64,000 nucleotides of DNA from an uncultured bacterium (GTDB lineage: Bacteria > Verrucomicrobiota > Verrucomicrobiia > Opitutales > Coraliomargaritaceae), in contig CBEUWO010000001.1 of assembly GCA_965546855.1 (NCBI GenBank), forward strand, positions 20,769 through 84,768, written 5' to 3'. The notes beneath the pieces are model-generated. The model saw only the letters and a list, made by a program, of their open reading frames with translations. It was not told the origin of the DNA and did no database searches. Shown piece by piece: positions 24,028-32,973 of this stretch. Numbering within the stretch: the stretch's first letter is position 1; each line of letters begins with the position of its first letter. A program made the translations under genes and the position numbers.

Positions 24028-24050
24028 TTCCTAATTTTTAATTCCTAATT
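24028..24050. repeat. Heptamer array in the nuoI-nuoJ spacer, 22/23 identical to 19182-19204
   Basis: ttcctaa tttttaa ttcctaa tt. Confidence 0.75.
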
Positions 24051-24058
24051 CTCATACA

Positions 24059-24598
24059 ATGTTAGACATACTGTTTTACGTCTTTTCAGCGATCACGCTG
24101 ATTGCGGCCGTGCTGATGGTCCTTACACCGAATGCGGTGAATGGAGCGATGTGCATGATTGTCGCTTTCATCGGCACTGCGGCGCTCTTTGTTCTGTTGG
24201 AAGCCTACTTCCTTGCGGTCGTTCAAGTGGTGGTCTACGCGGGGGCGGTCATGGTGCTGTTTCTCTTTATCATCATGCTTCTAGACGTCGATAAAGGGGA
24301 GGGCGCGACCGAATATAAAGATAAGCTGACTATCGGTGCGTCTGCGATTGGATTTTTGTTACTGGCAGTGCTGATTTGCTCTGCCTTCTCGGGCGCTCAT
24401 CTTCCTGAGCCAGGTCTGCCTGCTGTCACGGAAAACCCAGAGGTGTTTAATGGCGGTGTGCCGTTTACCACGTCCTCCAAGTCGTTCGGCTACAGCCTCT
24501 TTACTAAATACATGCTGCCATTCCAAGTTGCAGGCTTCCTTCTTCTTGCCGCTATGATCGGCGTGATTGTTGTGTCGAAAAAACACGAGGAGAATTAG
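24059..24598 (+). CDS. nuoJ: NADH-quinone oxidoreductase subunit J
   Basis: VVYAGAVMVLFLFIIMLL. Confidence 0.95.
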   Translation: MLDILFYVFSAITLIAAVLMVLTPNAVNGAMCMIVAFIGTAALFVLLEAYFLAVVQVVVYAGAVMVLFLFIIMLLDVDKGEGATEYKDKLTIGASAIGFLLLAVLICSAFSGAHLPEPGLPAVTENPEVFNGGVPFTTSSKSFGYSLFTKYMLPFQVAGFLLLAAMIGVIVVSKKHEEN

Positions 24599-24607
24599 AA
24601 ATTTATC

Positions 24608-24913
24608 ATGACTGTCGGACTTAATGCTTTTCTAATCGTAGCCGGACTGCTCTTCGCAGTGGGGCTGCTCGGGGTGACCTTGCGTCAAAACACGCTCGTC
24701 ATTTATATGTCGCTTGAGCTCATGCTTAATGCCGTGAATTTGGCATTCGTCGCATTTTCTCGTTACAACGGGACAATGGATGGTAACCTCTTCGTCTTCT
24801 TTATCATCACCGTGGCGGCTGCCGAAGTTGCCCTCGGCCTGGCAATTGTCGTCGCGCTGTTCCGACGTCGTCAGTCTGTAATGGTGAACCAATTGAACGC
24901 CCTGAGTCACTAG
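24608..24913 (+). CDS. nuoK: NADH-quinone oxidoreductase subunit K
   Basis: [24 protein letters not shown]. Confidence 0.97.
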   Translation: MTVGLNAFLIVAGLLFAVGLLGVTLRQNTLVIYMSLELMLNAVNLAFVAFSRYNGTMDGNLFVFFIITVAAAEVALGLAIVVALFRRRQSVMVNQLNALSH

Positions 24914-24917
24914 TATC

Positions 24918-26780
24918 ATGACCGACGCTCAAATACTTCTCGCCGCTCTTCTCACGCCACTGCTGTCCGCAGTACTGATTGCCTGTTTCTTGCGTCGCCG
25001 CGGAACACTGGCTTCCTATCTCTCTGTCGCTGCTGCTGCCGGTATCTGTGTTTTCAGTTACTTGGCGATCCAGGCTGCGAATGCGACTGATGATAGCACC
25101 ATTCGTGCCGCTGTCGATTGGTTGCACTTGGGCAACTTCACCGTGTCGATGGGCTTCCTGTTTAATGGAGAAGCAGCCACAATGCTGGCGATGGTCGCCT
25201 TTGTTGGGTTCCTGATTCACGTATTCAGTGTTGGATACATGGCCGACGACAAGGCTAAGGGGCGCTTCTTCGGTGGCCTGTCGATCTTCATGTTTTCCAT
25301 GATTGGTATTATCCTCGCGGACAACTTGATCATGATCTTTGTGTTCTGGGAGTTGGTCGGCTTTAGTTCTTACATGCTGATCGGTCACTACCTTGATACA
25401 GACGAAGCCGCCGCTGCTTCGAAGAAGGCATTCATCGTCAATCGTATCGGTGACCTTGGGTTCCTTGTCGGTATCGTCTATGCTTACTGGCACTTCGGCA
25501 CTACCAACCTCGAAGCAATGGGCGCAGCAGTTGCTGTCGATCCTAGTCTAATCAGTTGGGTAATTGCAGCGCTACTCATGTGCGGCTTCATCGGTAAGTC
25601 TGCTCAATTTCCGTTGCACGTCTGGTTGCCAGATGCGATGGCTGGCCCGACTCCGGTATCGGCTCTGATCCACGCGGCAACAATGGTCGCGGCGGGTGTT
25701 TATTTCCTGATCCGTATCGCCTTTTTGTTCCCACCAGAGGTGCTTGGTTGGATTGCGATTCTCGGCACATCGGTCGCAGTCTATGCAGGCCTCTGCGCGT
25801 ATGGTCAGAATGACATTAAGAAGATCCTGGCATACTCAACGCTTTCGCAGCTCGGCTATATGTCTGCAGTATTTGGGCTCGGCTTTCCTGGGATCGCTCT
25901 GTTCCACCTGATCACACACGCCTTCTTCAAGGCACTGTTGTTCCTCGGTGCAGGTTCGATTATCCACGGCTGCCACCACGAGCAGGACATCTTCAAGATG
26001 GGCGGTATGCTGAAGAAGATGCCGATCACTTCGATTACTTTCTTCATTGGTGTGTTTGCACTCTGTGGTGTGTATGGTTTTTCTGGCTTTTACTCGAAAG
26101 ATGCGATTCTTGTCGCAGGTGGACTTGATAGCACTGCGATCTTTGCATTGTTGACACTCGGCGCTTTCTTAACCGCTGGTTATATGGGGCGCTTAGTTTG
26201 GATCGTCTTCTTCGGCGAGCCGAAGTCCGATGCGGCTTCGCATGCGCATGAGAGTGGTTTCATGATGTTGTTACCATTGGTAGTCTTGGCAGTGCTCTCG
26301 GTTGCGGGTGGTTGGCTGGGTATTTGGCCAGAAGAGATGGGCCAGATGATTAATGATCACATGGATCAACTGCACCACGCCGATGGCCACGATGCGATGC
26401 ACAGTAGAGTAATGATTCTTGGCACTGCGGCATGGGTCGTCGGTCTGCTAGGTTCGTTCTTATTTTACCGGGTTGGTAAACATGGCGATGCACTAGAGAA
26501 CTGTGCGAAACCAATTTACGATTTTCTTAAAGCCCGTCTTTGGTTCGACGAGATCTACGGCTTCTACGTAGCGAAGATTCAGCAGCGACTTGCGGTGCTC
26601 CTTAGCTTCCTCGATGTGTTCCTGATCAAAGGGCTGTTCGTCCGTGGCAGTGCCGGCCTAGTCGGACTGGTGGGTGCATGCGCACGTTCGCTGCATGTGG
26701 GTAACATTCACGGCTACGTTTACTGGTTCCTTGCCGGAATCATCCTCCTTTGGGCACTCGCTTCCGGCGTGGCTCTATAG
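24918..26780 (+). CDS. nuoL: NADH-quinone oxidoreductase subunit L
   Basis: KSAQFPLHVWLPDAMAGPTPVSALIHAATMV, STLSQLG, THAFFKALLFL. Confidence 0.97.
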   Translation: MTDAQILLAALLTPLLSAVLIACFLRRRGTLASYLSVAAAAGICVFSYLAIQAANATDDSTIRAAVDWLHLGNFTVSMGFLFNGEAATMLAMVAFVGFLIHVFSVGYMADDKAKGRFFGGLSIFMFSMIGIILADNLIMIFVFWELVGFSSYMLIGHYLDTDEAAAASKKAFIVNRIGDLGFLVGIVYAYWHFGTTNLEAMGAAVAVDPSLISWVIAALLMCGFIGKSAQFPLHVWLPDAMAGPTPVSALIHAATMVAAGVYFLIRIAFLFPPEVLGWIAILGTSVAVYAGLCAYGQNDIKKILAYSTLSQLGYMSAVFGLGFPGIALFHLITHAFFKALLFLGAGSIIHGCHHEQDIFKMGGMLKKMPITSITFFIGVFALCGVYGFSGFYSKDAILVAGGLDSTAIFALLTLGAFLTAGYMGRLVWIVFFGEPKSDAASHAHESGFMMLLPLVVLAVLSVAGGWLGIWPEEMGQMINDHMDQLHHADGHDAMHSRVMILGTAAWVVGLLGSFLFYRVGKHGDALENCAKPIYDFLKARLWFDEIYGFYVAKIQQRLAVLLSFLDVFLIKGLFVRGSAGLVGLVGACARSLHVGNIHGYVYWFLAGIILLWALASGVAL

Positions 26781-26810
26781 AAATAGGTGAACGATTTAAT
26801 TTAGATAGAT

Positions 26811-28400
26811 ATGACACCCGTCGATACATCATCACTTTGCCTTTTGGCAGCGATACTAACACCGCTCTCCGCGGGCTTGTTCTTGCTGTTTGGAGCCCGT
26901 TTTAGCAAATCAAGCCTCCGCGCAGTCAGCGTGATTGGCTTTGCCACACCGCTGCTCATCGCTCTGGCGCTTTACTGCCAATTCGAGCCGTCGCTGGTCG
27001 GTGGCTATAATTTCGAGTTACGCCTTGCGACTGGCCTCGAAGCAGTTGGCATTTACCTGCACCTGGGTCTGAATGGTATTTCGATGCCGCTCTTCATGTT
27101 GGCGGCTGTGGTCGGATTTGCTGCTGGAATGTATGCCATGTTTTCCAAGGCAGAACGTCCGCATCTGTATCTCGCGCTGTTGCTGTTTATGCTCGGCGGT
27201 TTGATGGGCACCTTCGCTTCGGTCGACATTTTCTTTTTCTACTTCTTCCACGAGTTCGCACTTATCCCGACCTTCATCATGATTGGTGTGTGGGGCGGCG
27301 CTGGTAAGCGTGGCGCCGCGATTGAGATGACGATCTATCTGACACTAGGTGCGTTGCTGTCATTGATTGGTTTGATTGCTCTATATGTGCAGAGTGGGGC
27401 GGATTCGTTCTCGTTGATCACACTGCGTGAGTATTTGGCGGCGCAACCGATTGCTGACACGGTGCAGAATAACATCTTCGCATTATTACTATTCGGTTTC
27501 GGCATTTTGGTCTCGCTCTTTCCGTTCCACAGTTGGGCACCTAAGGGCTATGCGACTGCGCCAACCGGTGCAGCGATGCTGCACGCGGGTGTGCTTAAGA
27601 AATTTGGCCTATATGGTCTGCTGCAGATTGCAGCGCCGTTGTTGCCAGTAGGTGCGGCACATTGGTTCCCTTGGATTGTGTGGCTCGCGTTGGGTAACAT
27701 CATTATCATCGGCCTGATCACCATGGCTCAGAAAGATGTGAAGATGATGCTCGGTTATAGTTCGGTCATGCACATGGGCTATGCCTTCCTCGGTATCGCA
27801 ACGTTCTCAGTTGTCGGTGTCGGTGGTGCGTTGTTGATGATGATCGCACACGGTCTATCGGTTGCACTGCTCTTCATGCTTTCCACTTGCATCTATCACC
27901 GTAGTCAGACCTTCGACATGTCATCGATGGGCGGTCTAGCAACCAAGGCACCAGTATTGGCTGCTTTCTTTGTTGCAGGCACCATGGCGAGTATCGGTCT
28001 ACCAGGGTTTGGTAATTTCTGGGGTGAGTTTACGATCTTCGCAGCATTAGCCGAAACGCCGACCACAGAGTGGATCGTCGCACCGGCTGCACTTGGTATT
28101 ATTATTTCTGCGATCTACGGATTGCGTGCCGTGGCGAATATTTTCTTTGGTAAGCCGACAGAAGCTTTTGCTGAACGTTTAAAGAGTGATGAAATTGTGG
28201 ATCTTAAAATCCATGAGCGTATGCCAGCGTTGGTATTGATTGTCGCACTGATCATCGTTGGTATTTGCCCACGACTCTTTTCCGATGCAGCCGATGGCGA
28301 GCTGTCACAGCTGTATTCAAACAAAAGCACTTTGCCAGTCATTGAAGTCAATGCAGCGCTTCCTCAAACAGTCGAAGTACATAAGGAGGTTACACACTAA
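26811..28400 (+). CDS. nuoM: NADH-quinone oxidoreductase subunit M
   Basis: FHEFALIP, PFHSWAP, LKKFGLYG, YSSVMHMG, AHG, LPGFGNFWGE. Confidence 0.95.
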   Translation: MTPVDTSSLCLLAAILTPLSAGLFLLFGARFSKSSLRAVSVIGFATPLLIALALYCQFEPSLVGGYNFELRLATGLEAVGIYLHLGLNGISMPLFMLAAVVGFAAGMYAMFSKAERPHLYLALLLFMLGGLMGTFASVDIFFFYFFHEFALIPTFIMIGVWGGAGKRGAAIEMTIYLTLGALLSLIGLIALYVQSGADSFSLITLREYLAAQPIADTVQNNIFALLLFGFGILVSLFPFHSWAPKGYATAPTGAAMLHAGVLKKFGLYGLLQIAAPLLPVGAAHWFPWIVWLALGNIIIIGLITMAQKDVKMMLGYSSVMHMGYAFLGIATFSVVGVGGALLMMIAHGLSVALLFMLSTCIYHRSQTFDMSSMGGLATKAPVLAAFFVAGTMASIGLPGFGNFWGEFTIFAALAETPTTEWIVAPAALGIIISAIYGLRAVANIFFGKPTEAFAERLKSDEIVDLKIHERMPALVLIVALIIVGICPRLFSDAADGELSQLYSNKSTLPVIEVNAALPQTVEVHKEVTH

Positions 28401-29902
28401 TGAACGAGCTTCTCGCTGAATTCCTTCGCAGTTTCACTGCGACAAATGACTGGGCTGCGATTGCACCCGAAATCATGTTGGCGGTCCTCGCCCTAGGCCT
28501 ACTTGGGGCTGAGATGGTGTTGCCACGAGCAAAGCACGAGTTGATCGCGCCTCTTGCGATCTGGGGACAAGTGCTGGTGTTAGGCATTACTTTGTGTTGC
28601 TCTGCATATTATACGATCGCAGAGCAGACTTTTTTCAGTGGAATGATCGCACAGACAGATGTGACGCAGATCATGCGTGCCTTCTTTTTGGTCAGTTCGA
28701 TTTTGGTCTGCTATCTCGGTAAGATTTACTTGGCCAAGCAGAAGCTGCCGCGCACCGAGTTCTTCCACTTGGTAATTATCATTGCTGCGGCGATGATGCT
28801 GTTAGTGCAGAGCGCTAATTTCGTGATGTTGTTCGTGGCGCTCGAAGCTGTGACAATCGCATTCTATGTGTTGGTCGCTTATTGCCGCACCAGTTCACTA
28901 TCACTCGAAGCGGGCTTGAAGTATTTAATCCTCGGCGCGTTGAGTTCGTCGATTCTGTTGTTTGGTATCGTGCTGCTCTACGGAGTTGCAGGTAATCCAG
29001 AGCTAAGTGACTTCAGTGCTAATTCATTGGATTTTGCTGAATTGAAGACATTCGTCCTGGTGCATCAGGAGAATGCCTTGGTCCGCATCGGAGCGATTTT
29101 GGTCGTTGCTGGTATCTGCTTTAAAATCGGTGCCGTACCTTTTCAAATCTGGGTGCCTGATGTCTATCAAGGCGCGCCAACTCCAGTGGCTGCGTATCTT
29201 GCGATCGCATCGAAGGCCGCAGGTTTTATCATATTACTCCAGCTGTTGACTGGGCCACTCATCGGCTTGGCTTCGTTTATGATTCCTGTGTTGTCGTTCA
29301 TCGCGGCTGCGACGATCCTGTTTGGTAATTTCACCGCAGTGCGTCAGCGCAACGTCAAGCGCTTGATGGGGCTCTCCGGCATTGCGCATGCGGGCTATCT
29401 TCTTGTTGGAGTGGTGGCAGCACTGACGATTCCATGGGCACAGTATGCGGTGATCTTCTACCTGGTGACTTACTTGCTGGCTTCCTTTGCGGTCTTCGCA
29501 GTGATGTCGCATATGGCCGACTCAGATGATGCAAACCAAGAGCTTGCAGATTATGAGGATCTCGCTCGTAAGCGTCCGTTTCTTGCTGGCGTGCTTGCTG
29601 CTGGCTTAGGCTCGCTGGCTGGTATCCCGCCATTGGGTGGCTTTATTGGTAAGCTGTTTATCTTTATCGCTGCGTATCAAGCAGGGCTTTACGGCTTACT
29701 CGGTGTTTCCGTGCTAGGTGTGGTCATTTCGATCTATTACTACTTTGGCTGGGTGCGCGTTGTATATTTCGCGAACCCTACAGAGGGCACCGCTGAAGTA
29801 GGGCAATCGCTCTGTCTCTGTGATCGTGTTGTTCTAGGCACACTCGTTTTTGCGACAGTGCTCGTCGGTATCTTCCCGGGGGGCCTACCGATCATTCCGT
29901 AG
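28400..29902 (+). CDS. nuoN: NADH-quinone oxidoreductase subunit N
   Basis: EAGLKY, FKIGAVPFQIWVPDVYQGAPTP, KRLMGLSGIAHAGY, AGIPPLGGFIGK. Confidence 0.97.
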   Translation: MNELLAEFLRSFTATNDWAAIAPEIMLAVLALGLLGAEMVLPRAKHELIAPLAIWGQVLVLGITLCCSAYYTIAEQTFFSGMIAQTDVTQIMRAFFLVSSILVCYLGKIYLAKQKLPRTEFFHLVIIIAAAMMLLVQSANFVMLFVALEAVTIAFYVLVAYCRTSSLSLEAGLKYLILGALSSSILLFGIVLLYGVAGNPELSDFSANSLDFAELKTFVLVHQENALVRIGAILVVAGICFKIGAVPFQIWVPDVYQGAPTPVAAYLAIASKAAGFIILLQLLTGPLIGLASFMIPVLSFIAAATILFGNFTAVRQRNVKRLMGLSGIAHAGYLLVGVVAALTIPWAQYAVIFYLVTYLLASFAVFAVMSHMADSDDANQELADYEDLARKRPFLAGVLAAGLGSLAGIPPLGGFIGKLFIFIAAYQAGLYGLLGVSVLGVVISIYYYFGWVRVVYFANPTEGTAEVGQSLCLCDRVVLGTLVFATVLVGIFPGGLPIIP

Positions 29903-29958
29903 GCACTGCGTCGATGTATTCTCGGTTGTAGTCAATGCGGGCGAGAGTTTGTTACATT

Positions 29959-29997
29959 AAAAAAAGCGGCTCTCAATTTGAGGGCCGCTTTTGTTTT
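29959..29997. terminator. Bidirectional intrinsic terminator between nuoN and lpdA
   Basis: aaaaaaagcggctctcaa t ttgagggccgcttttgtttt: GC stem with A-tract and T-tract between convergent genes. Confidence 0.8.
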
Positions 29998-30037
29998 AAA
30001 AGAGTGGAAGGGGCTGTGCCTGTTGTTTGATCCGTGT

Positions 30038-31441
30038 TTATACGCTGTGCAGGGCGTTGCCGTCGACTGCGAGCGCGGCTTCCTTGATCGCTTCACAAAT
30101 TGTTGGATGCGCGTGCACGGTGCGGGCCAGATCTTCGGCGCTGCCGCCGTATTCCATGTGCGCCACTGCTGAAGCGATGAGCTCGGAAGCGCTTTTGCCG
30201 ATTAGCTGAATGCCGAGAATACGGTCGGTCTTTTTGTCGGCGATGACCTTGGCAAAGCCGTCGGTTGCATCACTAGCAATTGCACGTCCATTACCTGCAA
30301 AGTTGAATTTACCAACTTTGGTTGCGTAGCCCTGTGCTTTCGCATCGGTCTCGCCGAGACCGACACTGGCGATTTCCGGCTCTGTATAAATGACGTTGGG
30401 AATGACGTCATAATTGACGTGACCTGCTTGCCCGGTGATGCACTCAATACAGGCGACGGCTTCTTCTTCGGCCTTATGCGCTAGCATTGGGCCGGGGATG
30501 ACGTCGCCAATTGCATAGACGCCTGTTGCGGATGTCTTGTAGTCTGCGTCCACGGGAATGCGTCCTTTGTCGTCGGTTGTGATGCCAACGGTCTCAAGGC
30601 CGAGGCCTTCGGTGTAAGGCTTGCGGCCAACTGCGACGAGTACCTTGTCGACTTCAAATTCGATGGCGTTACCAGCTTTTTCGGCGGTTAGGATTTGCTT
30701 GCCCTTGGACTTCTTGAGGCCAGTGACTTTAGTCTTGAGGTGGAAGTTGAGTCCTTGCTTTTTCAACAGACGCTCAGCCATTTTAGAGACGTCCTTATCG
30801 TAGCTAGGTGCAATGACTGGGAGAAATTCGATCACGTTGACCTCTGCGCCCAGACGTGCCCAAACCGAACCAAGTTCGAGGCCAATAGCGCCGGCACCGA
30901 CGACTGCCAGCTTTTCGGGCACGCTGTCGAAAGCAATGGCTTCGGTGCTGCTGACGACTGTCTCGCCGTCATATTTAAGGAAGGGTAGTTCAATCGAGGC
31001 GGAACCTGTTGCGATAATGATATGCTTGCCGGTGAGAACCGTGTCTTCTCCGGTGGCACGCACGCGCACCTTGCTATCGCCATCCAAGATCCCTTGCCCG
31101 TTAAACACCTTGATCTTGTTGGCCTTCATTAAGTGTTGAATTCCGCCGCACAGTTGAGCGACGGTTTTGTCTTTCTTCGCCATCAATTGCTCGATGCTGA
31201 TTGAAAGATTAGTCAAATCAATGCCGTGTGCCGCTGCGCCATGTCTAGCGAAGTGATACATCTCGGTGGAGTGTAACAGCGCCTTGCTTGGAATACAGCC
31301 GACGTTGAGGCAAGTGCCGCCGAGCGTCTTGCTTTTCTCGACGAGCGCGGTTTTGAGGCCGAGTTGTGCACCACGAATGGCTGCGACGTAGCCGCCGGGG
31401 CCGGAGCCGATGATGACGAGATCAAATGTATTTTCAGACAT
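30038..31441 (-). CDS. lpdA: Dihydrolipoamide dehydrogenase (E3)
   Basis: [33 protein letters not shown]. Confidence 0.97.
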   Translation of the reverse strand: MSENTFDLVIIGSGPGGYVAAIRGAQLGLKTALVEKSKTLGGTCLNVGCIPSKALLHSTEMYHFARHGAAAHGIDLTNLSISIEQLMAKKDKTVAQLCGGIQHLMKANKIKVFNGQGILDGDSKVRVRATGEDTVLTGKHIIIATGSASIELPFLKYDGETVVSSTEAIAFDSVPEKLAVVGAGAIGLELGSVWARLGAEVNVIEFLPVIAPSYDKDVSKMAERLLKKQGLNFHLKTKVTGLKKSKGKQILTAEKAGNAIEFEVDKVLVAVGRKPYTEGLGLETVGITTDDKGRIPVDADYKTSATGVYAIGDVIPGPMLAHKAEEEAVACIECITGQAGHVNYDVIPNVIYTEPEIASVGLGETDAKAQGYATKVGKFNFAGNGRAIASDATDGFAKVIADKKTDRILGIQLIGKSASELIASAVAHMEYGGSAEDLARTVHAHPTICEAIKEAALAVDGNALHSV

Positions 31442-31448
31442 AATGAGA

Positions 31449-31582
31449 ACGGCTAAAGCCGTAGTGGGAAGGTATTAAGGTTTCAAGGTATTAAAGTGGG
31501 AAGGTTCAATAGCGGGAAAGTTAAATAATAGTTACTTTCATACTTTCGCACATTCCTACTTTTCCACTCCGCCTGTGGGCGG
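31449..31582. repeat. Hairpin-capped inverted octamer array (element A), sucB-lpdA spacer
   Basis: Hairpin acggc-taaa-gccgt; 8 x GTNNNAAR (31464-31527); ~4.5 reverse-complement units (31533-31568); hairpin ccgcc-tgtg-ggcgg abutting the sucB stop. Confidence 0.8.
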
Positions 31583-32842
31583 CTAGATGCCAAACAGCAG
31601 ACGGCTCGGATCTTCGATCGCGTCTTTTATCTTGTTGAGGAAGGTGACTGCTTCCTTGCCGTCGATGAGACGGTGGTCGTAGCTGAGTGCGAGATACATC
31701 ATTGGCCGAATGACGATTTCGCCATTCACGACGACAGCGCGCTCGGTGATGTTGTGCAGGCCTAGGATCGCAGGCTGTGGATAGTTAATGATCGGCGTGC
31801 TGAGCATGGATCCGTAGATACCACCGTTGGAGATGGTGAATACGCCGCCTTCGAGATCACTCATTTGGATCTTACCATCACGGGCTGCTTTGGCGTAGCC
31901 AAGGATGTCTTGTTCGATTTCGGCAAAGCCCTTTTGGTCACAATCACGGATCGTTGGAACCATCAGTCCTTTATCAGTGCCGACGGCGACGCCGATGTCA
32001 TAGAAATGTTGAGTGATGATTTCGTTGCCTTCGATGCGTGCATTGACTGCAGGCACTGCTTGCAACGCGTGCGTCACGGCCTTGGTGAAGAAGGACATGA
32101 AGCCGAGCTTGATGCCGTGGCGGTCGACGAACTTTTCTTGATGCTGCTTGCGCAACTTCATGACGCTGCTCATGTCGACTTCGTTGAAAGTCGTGAGTAA
32201 TGCGCACTCTTGAGTGGCAGTGACGAGGCGTTCGGCAATCTTGCGACGTAGCGGGCTCATCTTCTTACGAGTCTCACGTGTGGTAGGATCAATGAAGACG
32301 GGGGCAGCCTTAGGTGTAACGGGTGCGCCGGCAACAGCGGCAGGGGCTGCGACTGCTCGAGCTGGTGCGGCGGCTGCAGCAAGAATGTCGGATTTGGTCA
32401 CGCGACCGTCTTTGCCTGAGCCAGCGATGCTGGAAGTGTCAACGCCAGTTTCCTCGGCAGCTTTACGAGCAGCGGGGGAGAGTGAGTGTTGTGTGCCAGT
32501 GGGAGCTGCGGCAACGGCTGCGGCAACCGTTTCGACTGGCGCGGCTGCGGCCTGAGTTGCCGCAGTAGCTACTGCGGCTGGCACGGCGTTACCAGCTGGC
32601 GCCGCGGCGCTCTCATCGATCGTGGCGACGACTTGGCCGATATCGACTTCGTCATCGACTGCGACTTTGAGAGAAATGACACCGGCGACTTCAGCATTTG
32701 CCTCGGAGGTGATTTTGTCGGTTTCAAGTTCGAAGATCGCTTGATCTTTTTCGACGTAGTCGCCGTCTTTGACATGCCAAGCGGCAAGGGTGCCGCTGCT
32801 GATGGATTCGCCCATCGCGGGGATTGTAACTTCAGTAGCCAT
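31583..32842 (-). CDS. sucB: 2-oxoglutarate dehydrogenase E2 (dihydrolipoyl succinyltransferase)
   Basis: Lipoyl domain ELETDKIT, Ala/Pro linker, [29 protein letters not shown]. Confidence 0.97.
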   Translation of the reverse strand: MATEVTIPAMGESISSGTLAAWHVKDGDYVEKDQAIFELETDKITSEANAEVAGVISLKVAVDDEVDIGQVVATIDESAAAPAGNAVPAAVATAATQAAAAPVETVAAAVAAAPTGTQHSLSPAARKAAEETGVDTSSIAGSGKDGRVTKSDILAAAAAPARAVAAPAAVAGAPVTPKAAPVFIDPTTRETRKKMSPLRRKIAERLVTATQECALLTTFNEVDMSSVMKLRKQHQEKFVDRHGIKLGFMSFFTKAVTHALQAVPAVNARIEGNEIITQHFYDIGVAVGTDKGLMVPTIRDCDQKGFAEIEQDILGYAKAARDGKIQMSDLEGGVFTISNGGIYGSMLSTPIINYPQPAILGLHNITERAVVVNGEIVIRPMMYLALSYDHRLIDGKEAVTFLNKIKDAIEDPSRLLFGI

Positions 32843-32860
32843 AATATGTGAGAGGGAAAT

Positions 32861-32973
32861 TCGGCTTCGCCGAGTGGGAAGGTGAGACGGTTTAAAGGTT
32901 AGAAGGTCGATTTGTTAGACTTGAATACATTTCTACTTTCGCACTTTTTAACCTTGATACAACGCGAAGCGTT
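32861..32973. repeat. Hairpin-capped inverted octamer array (element B), sucA-sucB spacer
   Basis: Hairpin tcggc-ttc-gccga; gtgggaag gtgagacg gtttaaag gttagaag...; reverse units tacatttc tactttcg cacttttt aaccttga; hairpin aacgc-gaa-gcgtt overlapping the sucA stop. Confidence 0.75.

Noticed and set aside
24807-25493. Long antisense ORF (228 aa) and the many other shadow ORFs in the track
   Set aside because: They lie opposite or out of frame to well-supported genes and have no recognisable motifs; expected at this GC content.
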